Source: Octopus vulgaris
Taxonomy: Eukaryota
Length of the DNA: 64,000 nt
NCBI GenBank assembly: GCA_951406725.2
Contig: OX597818.1
Location: forward strand, 89,528,001-89,592,000
Direction of reading: 5' to 3'
Position 1 is the first letter of the stretch. The number at the start of each line of letters is the position of its first letter. The position numbers and the translations under genes were made by a program. This document shows positions 11,652 through 24,077 of this stretch, piece by piece. Under the pieces are notes generated by a model. It saw nothing but the letters and a program-made list of their open reading frames with translations, ran no database searches and was not told the DNA's origin.

Positions 11652-12219
11652 GAGATTTAAACACATCTTTAAGGTCTCTTGTTTTAAGTCACATTTAATC
11701 AAAATGCATTACAAACAGAAAATTGCTTACAACCAAAGTGACAATATTGCTTTCATCAGCTTTCTTACATTCAGAGGAAAGATAAGAGAAGGATCTAGAA
11801 TATTAGATTCTTCACTCCTCCCAGGAAACTGAACTCACCAAATTTCTTTGCAAACACTGTTTCTAGTTTAGTTTAAATTTCACAAGTGCATGTGTGTAAT
11901 ATAAGCACATCAGCCTATATGATATTTGTGTGTGTGTATATATACACACACACAGAAATATACCTTATCACCTTCATCATCATACATACTCACATAAATA
12001 TATATATATTCAGCAGTATCACTGGCAAGCAGTGTTTAGGTGCAATATGTTGCATACATATTTTAATTAACCTAAAGTTCATGTAATGTAATTTTTCCTT
12101 AGTCGAAAGACACCTGTTGTTATGTCCTGTTATTTGCATTTGTATTGGCAACACCCATGCTCAAATGGTGTTTTATATATGATGATGATATATATATATA
12201 TATATATTTATATACAGAG

Positions 12220-12543
12220 TAAAGACCTTCAGTCATAAATGACCATGGGACTGCACCAAGAATGTTCCCCTCCAAGGTACAATTCCAAGCAAGGTTGCTT
12301 ATGGAAGACCAACAGTCGCCCATGCATACCAGTCTCCCCTCTCCATACCACTGATGTTACCTAAAGGCCGATACAGCTTAATACCAGTGACATCGCAACT
12401 CATTTCTACAGCTAAGTGAACTGGAGCAACGCGAAATAAAGTGTCTTGCTCATGAACACAATACACAGCCCGGTCTGGGAATTGAACTCACTCCCTCATG
12501 ATTGTCAGGCTGACACTCTAACCACTGAACCACGCACCTTCAC
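12220..12543 (-). mobile_element. tRNA-derived SINE family D
   Basis: Reverse-strand head gtgaaggtgcgtggttcagtggttagagtg...gagttcaattccc. Related copies at 12970-13255, 18125-18420 (+) and 18550-18890. Confidence 0.75.
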
Positions 12544-12552
12544 ATAAGTATA

Positions 12553-12918
12553 TCTCTATATATAAATGGCAAAATGTCTGTCTGTGTGTGTGTCCTTTAT
12601 ACAAATCCACAATTTTTCAGTTAGAGGGCTCGCACTTTCTATAGTCATTCAAAACCGTCCAAGGGTGGTCGTGCACATCTTTACGTTTCTCCAGTCACCC
12701 CGCAAAGCCAATAAAAAATCAATAGAAGTGACTTTTTCGTGAATTTTCTATCCAAAACCCAATCAAAATGCCTGAAACTTGATACGCCAATTGAATGCCA
12801 GCTATATGTATGTGATTGGGCGGAGATTTGGACAGTACTCGCATGTATGTGCGCACGCACACAGCTGTATATGCATGCACTAGCACTATGACCCGGTGTT
12901 GCCGGGTCATAGTGCTAG
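12553..12918 (+). mobile_element. Non-autonomous Helitron
   Basis: 5' TC (a|tctctatatataaa), 3' GC-rich hairpin gacccgg-tgttg-ccgggtc, terminal CTAG. Inserted between A and T with no TSD. Confidence 0.8.
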
Positions 12919-13366
12919 TATATATATATATATCTATATATCTATGTAAATGCATGTGTATGTATATATCATGTGATCAACCTGATGATCAGATGTTACT
13001 ATACATTGCTGGTCACAATGTTCATTTGCATTATTTTGGCTTTCAAATGTCACCCAACTGACTAGGCGAGCAGGCCAAGATTTCCCCCTGATCGGAAGGC
13101 TATTCCGACAGAGGTGTTACCTATTTACAGCTGAGTGGACTGGAGCAAACTGAAATGAAGTGTTGTACTCAAGAACACAACATGTCACCCTGACTGGAAA
13201 TCGAACCCGCAATCTAGCAACTGTGAGTGCAACACTCTAACCACTAAGCCATACCTGTATAAACATAAACACACATATATACACAGAAGATATACAGATG
13301 CACAAAGCTGTTGCTGTGATAGTATTTACTGGTATCTGGATCCAGATTGGGTTAAGATCTACTTAC

Positions 13367-13528
13367 CATAATTAATTCTATTGGAACTGGCATTTTCAAC
13401 TTTGGTTTGATCTTGGGGTTGTTGTTGATGTGTTCTTTAACGACAGCCAAAATGAAGATGGCTGATGCTGACACTCCAAGAGTAACGAGGTTAGTTTCGG
13501 GGATGTTACTAAAGAAATCTCGGTAAGA
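13367..13528 (-). CDS. SLC26A5-like: SLC26 coding exon 5 (SYRDFFSNIPETNLVTL...KLKMPVPIELIM)
   Basis: 162 nt, atcAG acceptor and ATG|GTAAGT donor. Contains the KLKMPxPxEL motif typical of SLC26. Confidence 0.92.
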
Positions 13529-13798
13529 CTGATAATCCAAAAAGCAAGATGAAAAGAGAAAGAGAAAAAAAAAAACAAGAACACAGATTAGAATTGGAAA
13601 GTGCCATATTTTCTGGCATACAAGTTGAATCTTTTAAACCAAAATTTACTGCCAAAATCGGTAAATCAATTCATGTACTTTGGAGGATGAAAAATTCCAT
13701 GTGAAATACAACAGGATTAGGAAAAATAGTTACGACATTTAAAAGTTTACACTGTGTTTACACTACATACTACATTGACTTGTATGCTGGAAAATACA

Positions 13799-13842
<44 letters not shown>

Positions 13843-13883
13843 CATTTGCCAATGTTCTGCGCCGTGAGGACCAAAGACTGGAG

Positions 13884-16059
13884 GTGTTTCGTGTTGCAAG
13901 ACAGTGTGTGAGAGAGAATCGTGATGTGGTAGGAGAGAAGTGTGTTCGCATGGAAGATGGTTCACTTGCGCTAAATGAGGATGCAAAGAGAGAGGTTTGG
14001 AGATGCCACTATGAAAGGTTGCTGAATGAAGAAAATGAATGGGATAAAGAGAGTCTGCCGAATGTTGACCCAACAGAGGGACCAGCTATCCGAGTTGATA
14101 GTTCCGTGGTAGCTAAGGCAATTAGAAGCATGAAGACAGGGAAAGCCCCAGGCCCATCAGGAATCACTGCAGAGATGCTCAAAATGTCTGGTAGTGTCGG
14201 CTATAGCCTAGTCACCCGTATAGTTAATCAGGTGATACACAAAGGGGTCATACCCAATGACTGGTGTAGCAGTATAATAGTCAACTGCTACAAAGGTAAA
14301 GGTGATGCCCTAGATACAAATAACTACAGAGGTATCAAGCTGTTGGACCAGGTGATGAAGGTTACGGAGAGGGTCATAGCCCAACTAATTAGAGAGAGAG
14401 TTAGTTTAGATGAGATGCAGTTTGGGTTTGTGCCAGGGAAAAGTACTACTGATGCTATATTCTTGGTAAGGCAGCTGCAGGAGAAATACCTAGCCAAAGA
14501 TAAGCCCCTGTACCTGGCTTTTGTTGACATGGAGAAAGCCTTCGACAGGGTCCCCCGATCCCTTATCTGGTGGGCAATGAGGAAACTTTATTTAAATAAA
14601 TATATACTTTATTTAAAGCAGCAGAAAATTCAACAAAACTGTCCGATGAACGGCAACGGGAAACTCAGAGTAACAGGTTTTGTTGAATTTTCTGCTGCTT
14701 TAAATAAAGCATATTACTCTACCACTGGTTTTTGAGCACTCTTTTTTCCACCTTGTTTCACATTTATGTGTTTACTCCGGTATATATATATATATATATC
14801 TAGCCAAAGATAAGCCCCTGTACCTGGCTTTTGTTGACATGGAGAAAGCCTTCGACAGGGTCCCCCGATCCCTTATCTGGTGGGCAATGAGGAAACTAGG
14901 GATAGATGAATGGTTAGTGAGAGCTGTGCGGGCCATGTATAGGGACGCTGCTAGTAGGGTGAGGGTTGGAAATGAGTACAGTGAAGAATTCCGGGTAGAG
15001 GTAGGGGTCCACCAAGGCTCAGTACTCAGCCCCCTCCTATTTATCATAGTCCTCCAGGCAATAACGGAGGAATTCAAGACAGGATGCCCCTGGGAGCTCC
15101 TCTATGCTGATGACCTTGCTCTAATTGCTGAGTCGCTATCAGAACTGGAGGAGAAGTTTCAGGTGTGGAAACAAGGATTAGAATCGAAGGGCCTCAGAGT
15201 CAATCTAGCTAAAACCAAAGTCGTAATCAGTAGGAAGGTAGACAAATCACAAACACCTTCAGGTAGATGGCCCTGCTCGATCTGTAGAAAAGGTGTAGGT
15301 AGAAACTCTATAAGATGCACCAAGTGTAAGCTATGGACACATAAGAGATGCAGCAATGTCAAAGGAAGGCTAACTAGGAAGATGGTTTTTGTATGTGGCA
15401 GATGCTCAGGAACAATAAACACTGAAAATGCTCTGAGACCAACTTCCGTCACTTTCCAGGGAGAAAAACTAGAAATAGTTGATAGTTTCCGTTACCTAGG
15501 TGACCAAGTCAGCAGCGGGGGCGGGTGTGCTGAAAGTGTAACTGCTAGAGTAAGAATAGCTTGGGCAAAGTTCAGAGAGCTCTTACCTCTGCTGGTGACA
15601 AAAGGCCTCTCGCACAGAGTGAAAGGCAGACTGTATGATGCGTGTGTACGAACAGCCATGCTACATGGCAGTGAAACATGGGCCGTGACTGCTGAGGATA
15701 TGCGTAAGCTCGCTAGAAATGAAGCCAGTATGCTCCGATGGATGTGTAATGCCGGTACTCACACTCGGCAGAGTGTAAGTACCTTGAGAGAAAAGCTGGA
15801 CCTAAGAAGCATCAGTTGTGGTGTGCAAGAGAGACGTTTGCGCTGGTATGGTCATGTGGCGAGAATGGATGAAGATAGTTGTGTGAAAAAGTCCCACACC
15901 CTAGCGGTTGAGGGAACCTGTGGAAGAGGCAGACCCAGGAAAACCTGGGACGAGGTGGTGAAGCACGACCTTCGAACTTTAGGTCTCACTGAGGAAATGA
16001 CTAGAGACCGAGACCTCTGGAAGTGTGCTGTGCGCGAGAAGACCCGGCAGGACAAGTGA
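13884..16059 (+). pseudogene. RTE ORF2 reverse transcriptase (endonuclease missing), split into ORFs 13884-14735 and 14839-16059, with internal PHD finger
   Basis: ORF track translations. The two parts share a 98-bp duplicated segment. Confidence 0.9.
14639..14676 (+). ncRNA. Minimal type-I hammerhead-like motif (CCGAUGA core variant) in an inverted-repeat insert
   Basis: Stem I ctgt/acag, core ccgatga, stem II cg-gcaa-cg, gaaa, stem III ctc-a-gag, GUA cleavage triplet. Confidence 0.6.
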
Positions 16060-16744
16060 GTCCATAACCCGTGGCCTTCTACATGGGATGGAGCCAGCCT
16101 ACGTATGCATACCTTCCCTTCTTGGGACACAAAACTCTACTTGTGAAGACGTGTTGAGGCAAGTGAGGATCAGAATCGAAATCGATCAATGGAAATTGCG
16201 GATGTGCTACCAGTGCCGGTGGCATGTCGAAACTCTGCTTGTGAAGACCCGTTGAGGCAAGTGAGGATCAGAATCGAAATCGATCAATGGAAATCGATCA
16301 ATGGAAATTGCAGATGTGTTACCAGTGCCGGTGGCATGTAAGAGAACTTTCCGTTTCGCGACCGTTGCCAGCACCGCCCCGTTTCGTGTCCGTTGCCAGC
16401 CTCGCCTGGCCCTCGTGCCGGTGGCACATAAAAAGCACCATCCGTTCGTGGCCGTTTGCCAGCTCTGTCTGGCACCAGTGCGGGTGGCACGTAAAAAGCA
16501 CCCACTACACTCACGGAGTGGTTGGCGTTAGGAAGGGCATCCAGCCGTAGAAACACTGCCAGATTTGACTGGGCCTGATGAAGCCTTCTGGCTTCACAGA
16601 CCCCAGTAGAACCGTCCAACCCATGCTAGCATGGAAAACGGACGCTAAACGATGATGATGATGATGATGATGATATATATATAAATATATTTATATATAT
16701 ATATATGTATATATAAGTATGTATATATATATGTAACTACATGT

Positions 16745-17480
16745 GGATTGCTGGCGATTTGTTTCCTCTATCTTCTTTTTCTTTTGGACTCCTGTTTCTA
16801 AAGAAGAGCTTGGCTCGAAACTTAAAACACCCTTTCTTTCCTTCCCTGAGCTTCTTATTAATACTTTGCATGTACCACGTCCTTGTATTGTTGTTTTTTC
16901 CTTGTGTTTACTTCCTCCTTCTTTTTATTATTATTATTATATATATATATAGGGAGAATTCACAAAAAAAGATGAAGACAGGTGGTGTAGACAACAAACA
17001 GATGTATTAGTATAACGCTTGGGAAGTGAAAAAGTCTTTAATGTTTCGAGCCTACACTCTTCAACAGAAAGGAACACAGAAAGAGGCAAGAAGAGAAAAT
17101 AAAGAATGTGTAGTGGCTAGTGATCTATCATGGCGAAAAAATATATATATATATAATCAAATTAAGCAACAAGGATATCCAAGGTAGTGTAATACAATCC
17201 TTGTTGCTTATTTTGATTATAATCACCACATTTGATTTATATGGATAATACCATACCAAATTCTGGTGCCTTTAAATTAAGCACCATATTCATCTGAATC
17301 TAAATTTTACTGAATTTATATATATATTTGAAATGTACAGCTCCATGATGGTAAGATCAATAAAAAAAGAACTTCATCTGGTGAGAGATAAATATTATTT
17401 AATAAACACATTACATGTTTTACTATGCTATTAATAGTTTCATATGCTGAGAAATACTTGAAACATATTCATCAGGCAGA
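16745..17480. mobile_element. Cluster of Penelope-like pLTR fragments among (TA)n, with three hammerhead-like motifs
   Basis: Motifs at 16794-16828 (+), 17036-17071 (-) and 17426-17478 (-, perfect CUGAUGA...GAAA). A hairpin-ended element at 17155-17320 recurs at 25483-25645 and 30787-30930. Confidence 0.55.
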
Positions 17481-19884
17481 AAGTACATATCGTAATGAAC
17501 TAAAAATTGAATGAGAGAAGAAATGTGAAAAGTTGAGAAGGAAGCATATAGAAAATGTGGAAGGTTAAAAATTCACACACACATATGATGGGCTTCCATA
17601 CAATTTCCATTTAACAAATTCACTAACAAGGCAATGGCCAATCTGGGGCTATAGTATAGGACACTTGTCAAAGGGGCTGCACAATGGGATTGAACTTGAA
17701 GCAGCATAATTGCAAAGTGAGCTTCTTTACAACACAACTACGTCTGCACCTAGTTTCAGATAATATGTGTATGTGTTAGTGTGCATGTCTGTGTTAATGA
17801 GTATGTGCATGTGTGTGAGTACATATGCCTGTGGATGTGTGTGAGTACGTATAACTGTGGATGTGGATGTGTTTGTGTGTCTGTTTTAATACTTGTATAT
17901 CAGTGTGTACGTGTGTATATTAATATATGTTTTACTGCTTGTGCGTGAGAGTGTGTTAGTACATAAGTCTGTGTTAGTGTATGTATGCGTGTACAAGTGT
18001 ATGTGTGTACAAGTGTATGTGTGTGTGTGTGTGTGTGTTAATGTTACCTGGGTGTGCTTTAGTGTTAGTGTATATGAGTTAGTGTTGCTGTGGGTGATAG
18101 TGCATTTATGTGTGTATGAGTGGTGTGAAGGCATGTGGCTTAGCGGTTACAATCGTAAGGTCACGAGTTCAATTCCCTGTGGTACATTGCATCCTTGAGC
18201 AAGACACTCTACATCATGTTGCTCCAGTTCACTCAGCTGGCAAAAGGAAGTTGTACCTGTAAATTTCAAGAGCCAGCCTTGTCACTTTCTGTGTCACACT
18301 GAATCTTCCTGAGAACTACATTAAGGGTATGCATGTCTGTGGAGTGCTCAACCATGAGCAGGCTGTCTATTGGTTGGATGAACTGGAACTTTTGCCATTG
18401 AAACCGACAGTGAACCAGTATGAGTGAACATGTTTTACTATCTTAGTGTATACACACACTAACATTATGTAGGACACTGCTGGTGAAGCAGGGTTGAAAT
18501 ATCCAATGATCTCCTTGTCTGGAAACTCATGTATGGATATACAGGTACCTGAGACCCCCGTCGGTCATGACACAGACCATGGGATTGCACCTAGAAAGTT
18601 ACCCTCCCAGGCACAAGTCCGGGTAAGGTTGTTTTATGGAAGACCAGCAGTCACCCATGCATACCGGCCTCCCCTCTCCACGCCACCAGTGTTATCCAAA
18701 GGAAAGGTAAAGGCCGATACAGCTTGGCATCTGTGATGTCGCAATTCATTTCTACAGCTGAGTGAACTGGAGAAACGTGAAATAAAGTGTCTTGCTCAAG
18801 AGCACAACACGCAACCCGGTCCGGGATTCGAACTCACAACCTCACGATCATAACCTCGACACTCTAACCACTGAACCGTGCGCCTTCACAGGTACCAGAG
18901 GACATAGAAGTACATATATCAATCAACTTGTGTCAGATATAGGATGTCAGATTGAGCATATGATGATTACTATGGGAGAACAGGACATCTCACATGGGAG
19001 AGTTGCAATGGTCTAGGCAAGTTTCCCAATCAGATGGATAGACAGATAAATAGATAATGCATATGTGTGTGTGTGTGTGCGTCTGATAGGCATAAATAAC
19101 AAAGTAACAGAATTAATTTTTTTTTTTGTTTTTGGTGAGTAAGAGTTATTTCCTATTTGCTTCTGTCTAGAAATCAAAGGAAATGACTATTATTCCCTTC
19201 AAACTTTGCTTTTGTGAGCTGGACATCCACGTTTTAAAACTGACCTATTTTCCATTACATTTCAGAGATTCAGCACTGAGTTACTGAAGCAGAAATATCA
19301 TTATCAATACCACAGATTTGTTTGTCAGTTGCTGGCTTGACCTTAACCACTTGATCATGTCCCTTAGTGACTGACAACATGAGCATTTCTGATGACGAGT
19401 AGGAGTAGCGGGTGAGCATCATAGCCATGAGACGAGAGGGATTCTTTGGGGTTTGAATAAATATCATAAACAGAAGCAGAGTTTGAAGAAAATATTAGCC
19501 ATTTGTCATACTTTCTAGGGATAAGTAAATAAAAAATAAAAGTTGTTGCTCAAGGACAAAAATCATATTACACTGTGTAATAAAAGACTGTGACCAGTAT
19601 TAACAAGGAAGAGTCAACATGAAGATATAAACATATAATATTTATTATAAAGATTTATACACATAGATTTAAATTAGATATCATGTGGGTAGAACATATA
19701 TCCTTTTCTACTCTAGGCACAAGGCCTGAAATTTTTGGGAAGGGTGTCCCGTCGATTAGATCAACCCCAGTATGCAACTGGTACTTAATTCATTGACCCC
19801 GAAAGGATGAAAGGCAAAGTCAACCTCAGTGGAATTTGAACTCAGAACAAGAATATATATCGTAAATATAATGTTATCACTTAC

Positions 19885-20049
19885 ATATATCAACTTCAAT
19901 GGACCACTGTATCGACCCATCTTCACTCCAAACACGTGTTTGACCTGACTGGTAAATACATGGCAAGCAGCACCAGTGGTGAAGCCGCTCACTAATGGAT
20001 CAGATAAAAATGTCGTCACAAATCCCAGATGGAGAACACCCATCAAGAA
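19885..20049 (-). CDS. SLC26A5-like: SLC26 coding exon 4 (FLMGVLHLGFVTTFLSDPLVSGFTTGAACHVFTSQVKHVFG...PLKLIY)
   Basis: 165 nt, ttccAG acceptor and TAT|GTAAGT donor. Contains the SLC26 motif LSDPLVSGFTTGAAxHVxxSQ. Confidence 0.95.
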
Positions 20050-21276
20050 CTGGAAATACAAAAATACAATATATATAAATATATATGTTTGTTTGTGTGT
20101 GTGTGTGTGTGTTTTAATGTCTGGTACTTATTCTAATCAGTCTCTTTTGCTGATGTGCTAAGTTATAGGGGGATGCAAACGTATGAACACAGGCCATGAA
20201 GCCTTGTAGGGGAACATATACAATCACAAAAGCAAATGCGTACCTGCACATACACGCATTTTTTTGTGTGCTTCAGTCATTAGACTGTGGTCATGCTGGG
20301 GCACTGCTTTGAAAAATTTGAGTCAAATGAACTGTGTCCAGTAGTTATTATTCTTTTGTAAAGACTGGTACTTATTCTCTCAGTCTCTTTTGCCAAACTG
20401 CTAAGTTATGGTAACGTAAACACACTAACACTAGCTGTCAAGCAGTGGTGGGGGACAAACAGATACACAAAGGCAAACACACACACACATAAGGTGTAAG
20501 GAACCACTCCTTTGTACATTATAGTAGCAAAGGAAAAAACTTATGGTATTGATTTTAAATGTCCTTTAATCATCATCATCATCATTGTTGTCATTTAATG
20601 TCCACTTTCCATGCTGGCATGGGTTGGATGGTTTGACTGGGGAATGGCAAGTCAGAAGGCTATACCTCTTTTTGACAGAAGCAGCTGTCTGGAAGTATTG
20701 AAGAATGAATTAATAAATCCATAATTAACAAAAAAAATCTGCTTCGGTTCATATTATTTGATGTAAATGCATTAAACTTCGTTTCATGAATTATCTCTTA
20801 TAATGATATTTTTGCTTATACATACATACATTATACACACACACATAAATATGACAGGCTTCTTTCAGTTTCTATCTACCAAATCCACTCACAAGGCTTT
20901 GGTCAGCCTGAGGCTATAGTAGACGACACTTGCCCAAGGTGCCATGCAGCAGAACTGAACCTGGGACCTTGTGGTTGGGAAGTAAACGTCTTACCACACT
21001 GTCATGCTTGTGCTTATGTATTTTCATATATATACATACATATACACATACACACACACATGATGGGCTTCCTCACAGTTTCTGTCAACCAAATTCACTC
21101 AGAAGGCATTGGTCATCCTGGGGCCATAGTAGAAGACACTTGTCAAAGGTGCTGCACAGTGGGACTGAACTTGAAACAGCATGATTGCAAAGTAAACTTC
21201 TTTGCCACACAACTATGCTTGCAGCTGTCTTTATTTGGTCTTTAACATATTCGGTCCAATAAAATGGTTGCTATAC

Positions 21277-21545
21277 CTGGATACATCCAACAAGGAAGGT
21301 CACTGCCATGGCTATTCCTAATTTCACTGGATCAGTCACATCAGTTTCTTCTTCAATGATGCTTTGGGTAACTGAGTTATTCCCACTGACGGTCTGTGTG
21401 TAGGCATCTGTAGTGTATTCAGTAATGCTGGAAGTGGAAGGTGTGAGGTTTGCTGCTCGTGTTGTTATGCCCTCTGCACTGGCTAGCTTGCTGTAATTTT
21501 TGTCGACTGCTGCACCAACCATTAAACATACAACAGCAAATGTTC
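21277..21545 (-). CDS. SLC26A5-like: SLC26 coding exon 3 (GTFAVVCLMVG...S/T-rich loop...IAMAVTFLVGCIQ)
   Basis: 269 nt, tgtAG acceptor and CAG|GTATAG donor. Phase 1 in and phase 0 out keep the frame. Encodes TM3-loop-TM4. Confidence 0.93.
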
Positions 21546-21964
21546 CTACAATCATTACAAAACAAATAAATAAATAAATAAAATAAAATAAACATTAATT
21601 AATATTAAAAGTAAGCATAAGGCACTGAGCTAGCAGAATCATTAACACACTTAGTGGTATTTCATCTGTCCTTACATTTCTGAGTTCAAATTCTGCTGAG
21701 GTCCGCTTTGTCTTTCTTCTTTAAGAGGTTGATAGAATAAGTACCAGCTCAGCACTACAAAACTGCTGGCCTTGTGCCAAACATTGAAATCAATATTAAA
21801 ACTAAGTATGTCTTTCAATACAAGCAGCTTATCATCATCATGATCATTTCTGTTACTTACTAGCACTGTCGGCTATGACCTGAGGTTTAACAACAACTCC
21901 CCCACCAGGCACACATACACATATGAAGACATGCACATGCTCGTATGTCCAGATACATATATGC

Positions 21965-22550
21965 ATCATCATCATTGTCGTTTAACGTCCGCTTTCCATG
22001 CTAGCATGGGTTGGACGATTTGACTGAGGACTGGTGAACCAGATGGCTGCACCAGGCTCCAATCTTGGTTAGGCAGAGTTTCTACAGCTGGATGTCCTTC
22101 CTAACGCCAACCACTCTGAGAATGTAGTAGGTGCTTTTACGTGCCACCGGCACGGGGGCCAGTCAGGCGGTATTGGCAGCGGTCACGGAAAATCATGTTT
22201 TTTTTACGTGTCACCTGCACACCAGCACAAGTGCCAGTAAGGCGACGCTGGTAACGATCATTCTCGAATGGTGCTTTTTACGTGCCACTGGCATGAACAC
22301 CAGTTAGCTGCTCTGGCAACGATCACACTCAGATGGTGCTCTTAGTGCTCCACTAGCATAGATGCCAGTCATCGAATTTGATTTCGATACTGATTTCACT
22401 TGCCTCAACAGGTCTTCACAAGCAGTGTCCAATGAAGGAAAGGTACGCATAAGTGGGATGGTACACCTCTGGCTTAGGCCACAAGGTTATGGTCTCACTT
22501 GGCTTGCTGGGTCTTCTCAAGCCCAGCATATTTCCAAAATTTTCGGTCAT
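21965..22550 (-). mobile_element. RTE 3'UTR-derived non-autonomous copy
   Basis: Reverse complement of the RTE 3' end with (ATC)n tail. Similar copies at 2420-2795, 23100-23485, 31600-32082, 45985-46120, 47400-47650, 48945-49292, 52085-52520 and 57978-58470. Confidence 0.8.
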
Positions 22551-22626
22551 GTTTGCATTAAACAAAAAAAGAGGGAAAAAACACTTAGAAGAGTGTAACA
22601 AAAAAAAATACAAAACATATACCTAC

Positions 22627-22737
22627 CAATAGAGACGTGTCGCGAGGATCCAAAGAAGAAATATATCAAAACTGGGAAAAACGAAACGTATAAGCCATGT
22701 ATTGGTGGGAGCTGTGTAAGGAGTCCATAGGCCATTC
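22627..22737 (-). CDS. SLC26A5-like: SLC26 coding exon 2 (GMAYGLLTQLPPIHGLYVSFFPVLIYFFFGSSRHVSIG)
   Basis: 111 nt, tgcAG acceptor and G|GTAGGT donor. Carries the sulfate-transporter motif GLYxSFFPxxIYFFFGxSRHxSIG. Confidence 0.95.
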
Positions 22738-23628
22738 CTGCAGATAAAGATAACAAAAAGAGAAAAATATAAATATAGTTATCTAATTTATATTTCTTTT
22801 GCTGATTTATGTAACTTTTATTTTCAGGTTAATTATTTTTTTAAAGTTGAATGCATGTCATTTTGACTCTGAACCATCCATTATATAGTTTATTTGCCAG
22901 GTTATACATAAGCCATAAATATGTTCTATCCCCCTTTTTTTTTTCTTGCTTAACCCTTTAGCATTGAAACAGTCCAGATCTGGCCTCTTACACATATACT
23001 ACAATGTTGTTCTAAAAATAAACAATTGCTTCATCAAAATCTAAAAGTTACAAGGTAATGCATCATTAAATTAAAACAAGGGGAATAAATAAGTATCACA
23101 TATCATCATCATCATTTAATGTCCGCTTTCCATGCTAGCATGGGTTGGACAATTTGACTGAGGTCTGGCGAACCAGATGGTTGCACCAAACTCCAATCTG
23201 ATCTGGCAGAGTTTCTACAGCTGGATGCCCTTCCTAACACCAACAACTCTGAGAGTGTAGTGGGAGCTTTTACGTGCCATCGGCACGAGGGCCAGTCAGA
23301 CAGTACTGGCAACAGCCATGCTCAAATGGTGCTTTTTATGTGCCACCTGCACAGGAGCCAGTCCAGCGGCACTTGCAACGACCTCGCTCGAATGTTTTTT
23401 TCACGTGCCACCAGTACAAGTGCCAGTAAGGCGATGCAGGTAACGATCATGCTCAAATGGTGCTTTTACATGCCATCGGCACGGAGGAATGTTAGAGTTA
23501 TGCTTAAGTCCTTTGTCTATTGGACATAACATTGGACAATTGTCTTGCTGATGATTGCTATTGGGCCAGAAACACGTGTCTATGACTGTCCTCTTATCTC
23601 CTAACAATAAACTTGTCCTTTTCTTTAA

Positions 23629-24073
23629 CCCTTTAGCATTCAGATTACCCTGTCAAAGTTTATCGGCACTCCATCAGTTAAAACAACAAGGGTTCCAGTT
23701 GATCCGATCAACAGAAAAGCCTGCTTGTGAAATAAATATGCAAGTGGCTGAGTACTCCACAGACACAGGTAACCTTAACGTAGTCTTCAAGGACATTCAG
23801 CATGACAGAGTGAGACAAGACTGGCCCTTTTATAATACAGGTACTACTCATTTTTGCCAGCTGAGTGGACTGTTGAATTTGATACTTATTTATTCATATT
23901 GCTTTGAATTAATTATACAATACATTATCATGTACCTTTGATATTGCAATGTTGTTATAGAATATTTTCAGAATGACGTTGTACAGTAGGTGCAAAAGGC
24001 CAGATTCTGACAGTTTGAACATTAAACAGGTAGAATATCTGAACTGGATATGGCTGCTTTAAATGCTAAAGGA
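23629..24073. mobile_element. piggyBac-type MITE (contains a SINE fragment)
   Basis: TTAA|ccctttagcatt ... aatgctaaagga|TTAA. Confidence 0.7.
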
Positions 24074-24077
24074 TTAA

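Larger units (their letters stand above)
13841..16674 (+). mobile_element. 5'-truncated RTE-clade LINE (young copy), interrupted at 14588-14799
   Basis: RT motifs GKAPGPSG, NYRGIKLL, QFGF, FVDMEKAFDRV, GVHQGSVLSP and LYADD. RTE C-terminus RLRWYGHV..GRGRPRKTW. 3'UTR with tandem stem-loop units and (GAT)n tail. Confidence 0.95.
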
